Of a DNA stretch of 64,000 nucleotides, positions 59,484 to 64,000 are shown piece after piece. The stretch is from Gemmatimonadota bacterium. Its GTDB lineage: Bacteria; Gemmatimonadota; Gemmatimonadetes; Longimicrobiales; Gaopeijiaceae. The position numbers were made by a program, and so were the translations under genes. The stretch is from positions 2,592,001 through 2,656,000 of the forward strand of contig JAXHMG010000003.1 in assembly GCA_034521595.1 (NCBI GenBank). Direction: 5' to 3'. The first letter of the stretch is position 1, and every line of letters starts with the position of its first letter. A model generated the notes under the pieces. That model was given only the letters and a program-made list of their open reading frames with translations. It was not told where the DNA came from and searched no databases.

Positions 59484-60448
59484 TGGAGATCCGATATCGG
59501 AGAAAACACCTCGCAGAGGTGCTCGGCATCCCGGAGCAGCGCCTCGCCGAAGCCGATGACCGGACCGATCCGTCGTCCGTGAACGGCGGACCGGACGACT
59601 ACGGTCCCGAGGATCTCTCCGCGTACCGGGAGGCGCTCGGGCTCCGACCCGGCCGGCGCCCCCTGCGGCGGCAGCTCTTCCTCAACTTCAAGGGCGGCAC
59701 CGGCAAGACCAGCTTGTCCGTCTCGTACGCGTACCGGCTGGCCGAGATGGGGCACCGCGTCCTGCTCGTGGATCTGGATTCGCAGGGGCACGCCACCCAA
59801 CACATGGGCTTCGAGGGAGAACACTGCGCGCATACGCTCCACGACGTGCTGATCGAGCGTCTGCCCGTCCGGGACGCGGTCGTGGACACGCCGTTGGCGG
59901 AGTTCGATCTCTTGCCCGCCAACCTCGGCATGAGCACCATCGAGCTGGCTCTCATGCCCCTGGCCGGGCGTGAGTACCGACTCAAGAAGGCGCTCGACGA
60001 GATCTCCGACAGCTACGAGTTCATCGTCATGGACGCGCCTCCGTCGTTCGGCCTCCTCAATCTGAACGCCCTGATCGCGGCCGACGACCTCTTCGTGCCC
60101 GTGCTTCCCGACTTTCTGTCCTTCCACGGCCTCAAGCTTCTCTTCGAAACGCTCAACGGGCTGGAGGAAGATCTCGACCATGCGCTGGAGCGCATCTTCA
60201 TCGTCATCAATCAGTACAACCCGACGACCCGGATCGCGCGAGAGGCGCGTGAAGCGCTCCAGACCCACTACCCCGAGTTCCTCCTGAAGACGATCGTCCG
60301 CCAGTGCACCCGGTTCGCTCAGGCGTCCAGCGAAGGGTTGCCCATCTGCGCCTTCGACCCGCGAAGCAAGGGAGCGGAGGATACGGATTCACTCATTCAC
60401 GAAGTGATGCCCACCCCGCGGGCGGAGCAGCAGGAGAAGAGCGCATGA
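59483..60448 (+). CDS. pomZ: ParA/MinD-family ATPase, PomZ (AgmE)-like
   Basis: RRQLFLNFKGGTGKTS, DLDSQGHAT, ALMPLAGRE, DAPPSFGLLNLNAL, DFLSFHGLKLLFET, RQCTRFAQASSEG; N-terminal HTH-like extension. Confidence 0.88.
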   Translation: MEIRYRRKHLAEVLGIPEQRLAEADDRTDPSSVNGGPDDYGPEDLSAYREALGLRPGRRPLRRQLFLNFKGGTGKTSLSVSYAYRLAEMGHRVLLVDLDSQGHATQHMGFEGEHCAHTLHDVLIERLPVRDAVVDTPLAEFDLLPANLGMSTIELALMPLAGREYRLKKALDEISDSYEFIVMDAPPSFGLLNLNALIAADDLFVPVLPDFLSFHGLKLLFETLNGLEEDLDHALERIFIVINQYNPTTRIAREAREALQTHYPEFLLKTIVRQCTRFAQASSEGLPICAFDPRSKGAEDTDSLIHEVMPTPRAEQQEKSA

Positions 60449-61356
60449 AAAACGGATTCAACGCGAACGTGCCGGTGCGGAAGCCACGCACGCGGATCGG
60501 CCAGATGCTCACGGAGCTGACCTCCGAAGCGGAGGAGCGAGAGCTCGACGATCTGGTCGAAGCCCAGGAGGAGGCGCCGGCCACCCCCTCGGAAGACCCG
60601 GACGCACCCCGAACCCCGGACGAGCCGGAAGCCCGGGATGATGCGGCCGACCCCGATGTGGAAGCTCCCACCCCACCGACATCGTCCCGGCCTCCGAGCG
60701 ATTCGACCCGCCTCGCGGCCGGCCGCGAACGGGTGGCATCGCTTCGCGACCGGCTCGCCGCGGCGGAGCGGGCTCCCGTCGCGGACAGGCAACCGAAGGA
60801 AACCGCCGCGAGCGTGCTGGAAGTCGTCGAGGACCTGCACGATCGCCTGGAAGCAACGATCCGAGAGCGCGCGGAAATGGCCGAGACGCTCGACGACACC
60901 CGAAGGCAACTCGCCCAGGTCGAGTCGGAGCTCGAAAAGGAACGGAGCGCGCGCGCCGCGATCGAATCGCGCCGGGAGGAACATGTACGCATCGCCGAGG
61001 AAGCGGTCACCGAAGCCGAGGCGCTCGCCGCCGAGCGTGACCAGGTCCTTTCCGAGCTCGCCGAACAACGGCGGCTCGACGACGAACAGGCGGAGCTCCT
61101 GGCCGAAGCGGAAGCGATGCTCGAGCGCCGGGACGCCGAACGGGCAGAGGCTGCCGCGGAGGTGGCGGAACTGCGCGAACAGCTGGAGACCCGCTCGGCG
61201 GAGATCGCGGACCTGAAGAGCCGCCTCCAGGCCCGGTCCTCCGACTACGCTCGCCTGGAGACCCGTTGCCGGGAGCTGGAGGCAGAGGTCGAGAAACTCA
61301 CCGAAGCACGTGAAGCGCTGGAGGCCATCGAAGCCCAGGTCCACCGCCGCACCTGA
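60445..61356 (+). CDS. pomX: PomX-like protein: basic N-terminal peptide, acidic/Pro-rich IDR, long C-terminal coiled coil
   Basis: AGGAG RBS and ATGA overlap with the ATPase; N-terminus MKNGFNANVPVRKPRTRIGQML; coiled coil from about aa 90 to the end. Confidence 0.82.
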   Translation: MKNGFNANVPVRKPRTRIGQMLTELTSEAEERELDDLVEAQEEAPATPSEDPDAPRTPDEPEARDDAADPDVEAPTPPTSSRPPSDSTRLAAGRERVASLRDRLAAAERAPVADRQPKETAASVLEVVEDLHDRLEATIRERAEMAETLDDTRRQLAQVESELEKERSARAAIESRREEHVRIAEEAVTEAEALAAERDQVLSELAEQRRLDDEQAELLAEAEAMLERRDAERAEAAAEVAELREQLETRSAEIADLKSRLQARSSDYARLETRCRELEAEVEKLTEAREALEAIEAQVHRRT

Positions 61357-61445
61357 CCCCGACGATCCGTCGGGAGCGAGCCACCACGAAAAGCCCCGTC
61401 AGGCCCCGGATAGAGGCCCGGCCTGGTGGCGGGTCGCCACCCGCA

Positions 61446-62642
61446 CTACGCCGCCGAGGTATCCACCACCTCCGCGATCCGGTCGAGCGCCTCGAGTAGC
61501 GTCTCGTCCGAAGCCGCGTAGCTCATCCGTACCCACCTGTCGTCTCCGAACGCGGCGCCCGGAACGAGCGCGACCCCCGCCTGCTCGATGATCTCGGAGC
61601 ACCAGGTCGTCGCGTCCGGCACACGGTCGTCGAAGAACCCGTCCACCCGGAAGTACACGTAGAACGCACCGTCGGGCTCGATCAAACGCACGGACGGGAA
61701 CAGCTCGCGCATGCGCGCGACCACGAGGTCCCGGCGACGCCGAAAGGCACGTCCCATCTCGGCCACCGCCTTCTCCGACGCGTCCACGTTCCGATACGCC
61801 TCGAGCGCAGCCATCTGAGTCGGTGTCGAAGGATTCGAGGTGACCTGACTCTGGAGTGCCGTGAGCTTGACCGCCACGTCCTTTTCGGCATAGGCGAAGC
61901 CCAAGCGCCACCCCGTCATCGCGTGGCTCTTGGAAAGCCCGTCGATCAGCACGGTCCGACCGAGGCTCTCGGGATCGAGCTCGAGCAAGCCGGGCGCCGC
62001 CGACCCCTCGCCGTGGTAGATCCTCCGGTAGATCTCGTCGCTGATGAGCCAAACGCCCCGGTCACGCGCCCACTCGGCGACCGCGGTGAGCTCCTGGTGC
62101 GAATAGACGGCACCGGATGGATTGCTCGGAGAGTTGAGAATCAAGCCCCGAGTCTCCTCCGTGACGGCACGGTCGAGATCCGCCGGCGTGACCTTGAAGT
62201 CACGCGACTCGGCGCCCCGAGCCACCACGGGCTCGGCGCGAGCCAACTGCACGAGCGCGGGATACGTAGTCCAGTACGGCGCCAGCATCAGCACGTCGTC
62301 TCCGGGGCCGAACAGGGAGAAGACGGCATTGAACAGCGCCTGCTTCGCACCGGTGCCGACCACCACGCCTTCCCAGGAGATCTCGCGTCCCGCCCGGTCC
62401 GCCAAGCGATCGGCGATCGCCTTCCGCAGCTCGGGCAAGCCGGGCGCCGGCGTATAGCGAGTGATTCCCCCGCGTATGCCCGCGATCGCCGCCTCCGAAA
62501 TGAACTCGGGCGTATCGAAATCCGGCTCACCCGCGCTCAGATTGATGATATCTCGTCCCTCGGCAGCGAGCCGTTTGGCGAGGGCGCTGACCGCCATGGT
62601 GGCCGACGGCTCGAGCTTTCCGATATTTTCGCTGAACGTCAT
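61446..62642 (-). CDS. Class I PLP aminotransferase (aspartate aminotransferase-like)
   Basis: AGEPDFDTP, NSPSNPSG, SDEIY, LSKSHAMTGWRLG, GAFY, RMSYA. Confidence 0.95.
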   Translation of the reverse strand: MTFSENIGKLEPSATMAVSALAKRLAAEGRDIINLSAGEPDFDTPEFISEAAIAGIRGGITRYTPAPGLPELRKAIADRLADRAGREISWEGVVVGTGAKQALFNAVFSLFGPGDDVLMLAPYWTTYPALVQLARAEPVVARGAESRDFKVTPADLDRAVTEETRGLILNSPSNPSGAVYSHQELTAVAEWARDRGVWLISDEIYRRIYHGEGSAAPGLLELDPESLGRTVLIDGLSKSHAMTGWRLGFAYAEKDVAVKLTALQSQVTSNPSTPTQMAALEAYRNVDASEKAVAEMGRAFRRRRDLVVARMRELFPSVRLIEPDGAFYVYFRVDGFFDDRVPDATTWCSEIIEQAGVALVPGAAFGDDRWVRMSYAASDETLLEALDRIAEVVDTSAA

Positions 62643-62750
62643 GCGATCCTCTCTCCGGTGGCAGTGGGGTCGAGAATATGGGCGAGGCCCGGGTCCCGTG
62701 AAAGCGACCACCTGGCCAGAGAGCCGCGGTATGGTGACCTTGTGCGTCTC

Positions 62751-63344
62751 ATGAACGACGCATCCCCCGAGCACCCGCTCACGCTCTACTTCGACCTGGT
62801 GGACCCGCTGTCCTTCCTCCTGGACAGGGAGTTGATGGCCGCCGAACAGGAGCTCGGCGTGCGCGTGCTGCGCCACGGCGTGGAGATCAGCCCACCGCCC
62901 CACCCACTCACCGCGCCTGGAGAGGCTCCGTGGAAGGAGCGGTGGGCACAGGCGGAGGCCGGAGCGGAGGAGCTCGACGTCCAGCTGCGGAAACCGGCCA
63001 TCGTGCCGTGGAGCCGCAAGGCCCACGAGCTGTTGCGCCACGCCGAGCAGGAAGGGAAGGCGGACGACCTCCGGGTCCGAATCTTCCGTGCGTTCTTCGA
63101 AGAGGGCTCGGACATCGGACGCGTGGATGTTCTGGTCGCTCTCGCAGTGGAAGCGGGATTCGACCGATCCGGCACGAAGGCCGTGCTCGATGTGGACCGC
63201 TACGACGAAGAGGTGGCTGGCCGTCGGGAGGCGGCGCTGGATGCCGGGATCCGCGTCATTCCCACGCTCCTCGGGGACGCAGGCCGGCTCGAGGGCTTCC
63301 GCAACCGCGCTTCGCTGAGCACCTTTCTCAGTGGGTCCTCGTGA
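62751..63344 (+). CDS. DsbA/FrnE-like thioredoxin-fold protein lacking CxxC
   Basis: LYFDLVDPLS, SRKAHEL, IFRAFFEEG.DIG..DVL, GIRVIPT. Confidence 0.8.
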   Translation: MNDASPEHPLTLYFDLVDPLSFLLDRELMAAEQELGVRVLRHGVEISPPPHPLTAPGEAPWKERWAQAEAGAEELDVQLRKPAIVPWSRKAHELLRHAEQEGKADDLRVRIFRAFFEEGSDIGRVDVLVALAVEAGFDRSGTKAVLDVDRYDEEVAGRREAALDAGIRVIPTLLGDAGRLEGFRNRASLSTFLSGSS

Positions 63345-63381
63345 CCTTGAGCACGCCTCGAAAACCCCGACCCCGTGGATC

Positions 63382-63687
63382 ATGGCCGGCTACCAGCGCA
63401 AGACCGCATCCTCCCCCTCCGAGATTCTGGAGCACGCCGAATCGGCGCTGCCGGAGATGGTGGGGCTCACGAAGGTCAAAGCCTCGGAGCACGGAGCGAC
63501 CTTCAGCGGTGACGAAGGAACGGTCACCTTCTCGGTGCATCGACACGGTCCGTATACCGATGTCGTCGCGAGCACCGACCGCCTACGGACATCCCGCCTC
63601 GACTACGAAATTCAACGGTTTCTGAACCGACTTCCGTACGAGCCGGGTGATCGCGGCGGGCGAGGGGCGGGAGAGCCGACCGGCTAG
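63382..63687 (+). CDS. Small hypothetical protein
   Basis: Protein-like ORF between the DsbA-like and helicase-like genes. Confidence 0.65.
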   Translation: MAGYQRKTASSPSEILEHAESALPEMVGLTKVKASEHGATFSGDEGTVTFSVHRHGPYTDVVASTDRLRTSRLDYEIQRFLNRLPYEPGDRGGRGAGEPTG

Positions 63688-63759
63688 CCCTCCTTCTTCC
63701 GTCTTCGACGCGAACGACCGCGTCGATGTCTTTCCGTTCGGACCTCAGGATTACATAAA

Positions 63760-64000
63760 GTGGACTCGTTCGAGGACCTCGGGATCCGCCCCGAGCTCGT
63801 GGAAGCGCTCGCCTCGGCGGGTATCGAAAAACCCACGCCCCTCCAGGAGGCGGCGATCCCGCTTCTCCGGAAGGGCAACAACGCGGTGCTCGCCGCCGGC
63901 CCCGGCAGTGGGCTTCTCGCCGGGTGGGCGGTGCCCCTACTGCAGCGTGTCCCGCCCGAGAATGCCGGGGCCCATGTGCTCGTGCTCACGGCGGACCGGG
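63760..64000 (+). CDS. DEAD-box helicase-like protein N-terminus with degenerate Walker A (partial)
   Basis: Manual translation: MDSFEDLGIRPELVEALASAGIEKPTPLQEAAIPLLRKGNNAVLAAGPGSGLLAGWAVPLLQR...VLVLT; Q motif intact. Confidence 0.8.
   Translation, partial: MDSFEDLGIRPELVEALASAGIEKPTPLQEAAIPLLRKGNNAVLAAGPGSGLLAGWAVPLLQRVPPENAGAHVLVLTADR

Noticed and set aside
59483-60448. Plasmid/chromosome partition ParA (type Ia) or an integrated element
   Set aside because: No ParB/nuclease-domain partner, rep, integrase or att repeats seen. The flanking architectures and residue register fit PomXYZ better.
58113-61356. SMC/Wadjet-type defence or condensin system suggested by long coiled coils
   Set aside because: The coiled-coil proteins have no Walker motifs or hinge, and there is no kleisin or Toprim gene.
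1-64000. Many long antisense or alternate-frame ORFs (e.g. 13099-14820, 16463-18493, 29493-31547, 45607-47958)
   Set aside because: They are shadows of real genes, as expected in high-GC DNA: R/P/G/A-rich or antisense-mirror composition with no motifs.
1-64000. CRISPR arrays, tRNA/rRNA, IS or prophage genes
   Set aside because: No regularly spaced repeats, cloverleafs, transposases or phage genes noticed on manual reading.

Overview
High-GC bacterial chromosomal window of about 65 densely packed genes. I found no rRNA, tRNA, CRISPR array, phage or IS element. Gene content suggests Gemmatimonadota (Longimicrobiales-like); this is an inference from the SusC/SusD pair, carboxypeptidase-regulatory/plug proteins, a PorX-like regulator and a TPR/zinc-ribbon cluster. 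It carries a lipid A/LPS cluster (Kdo kinase, GT9, ICMT-family methyltransferase, GT2, LpxL, MsbA) headed by a PorX-like REC-PglZ gene, a TonB-like/SusC/SusD locus with three clustered single-base lesions, and many housekeeping genes (serA, typA, cyoE, apaG, DEAD-box helicase, aminotransferases). The standout is a translationally coupled three-gene operon at 58113-61356 (coiled-coil+HEAT protein, ParA-type ATPase, IDR+coiled-coil protein). By gene order, architecture and recalled key residues it matches the PomY-PomZ-PomX division-site positioning system of Myxococcus xanthus, here apparently outside the myxobacteria. A second highlight is a highly structured minus-strand ncRNA or leader candidate at about 54282-54472, with a putative promoter, an upstream perfect palindrome and an intrinsic terminator. 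All homology calls are from motif recognition and memory, not database searches.
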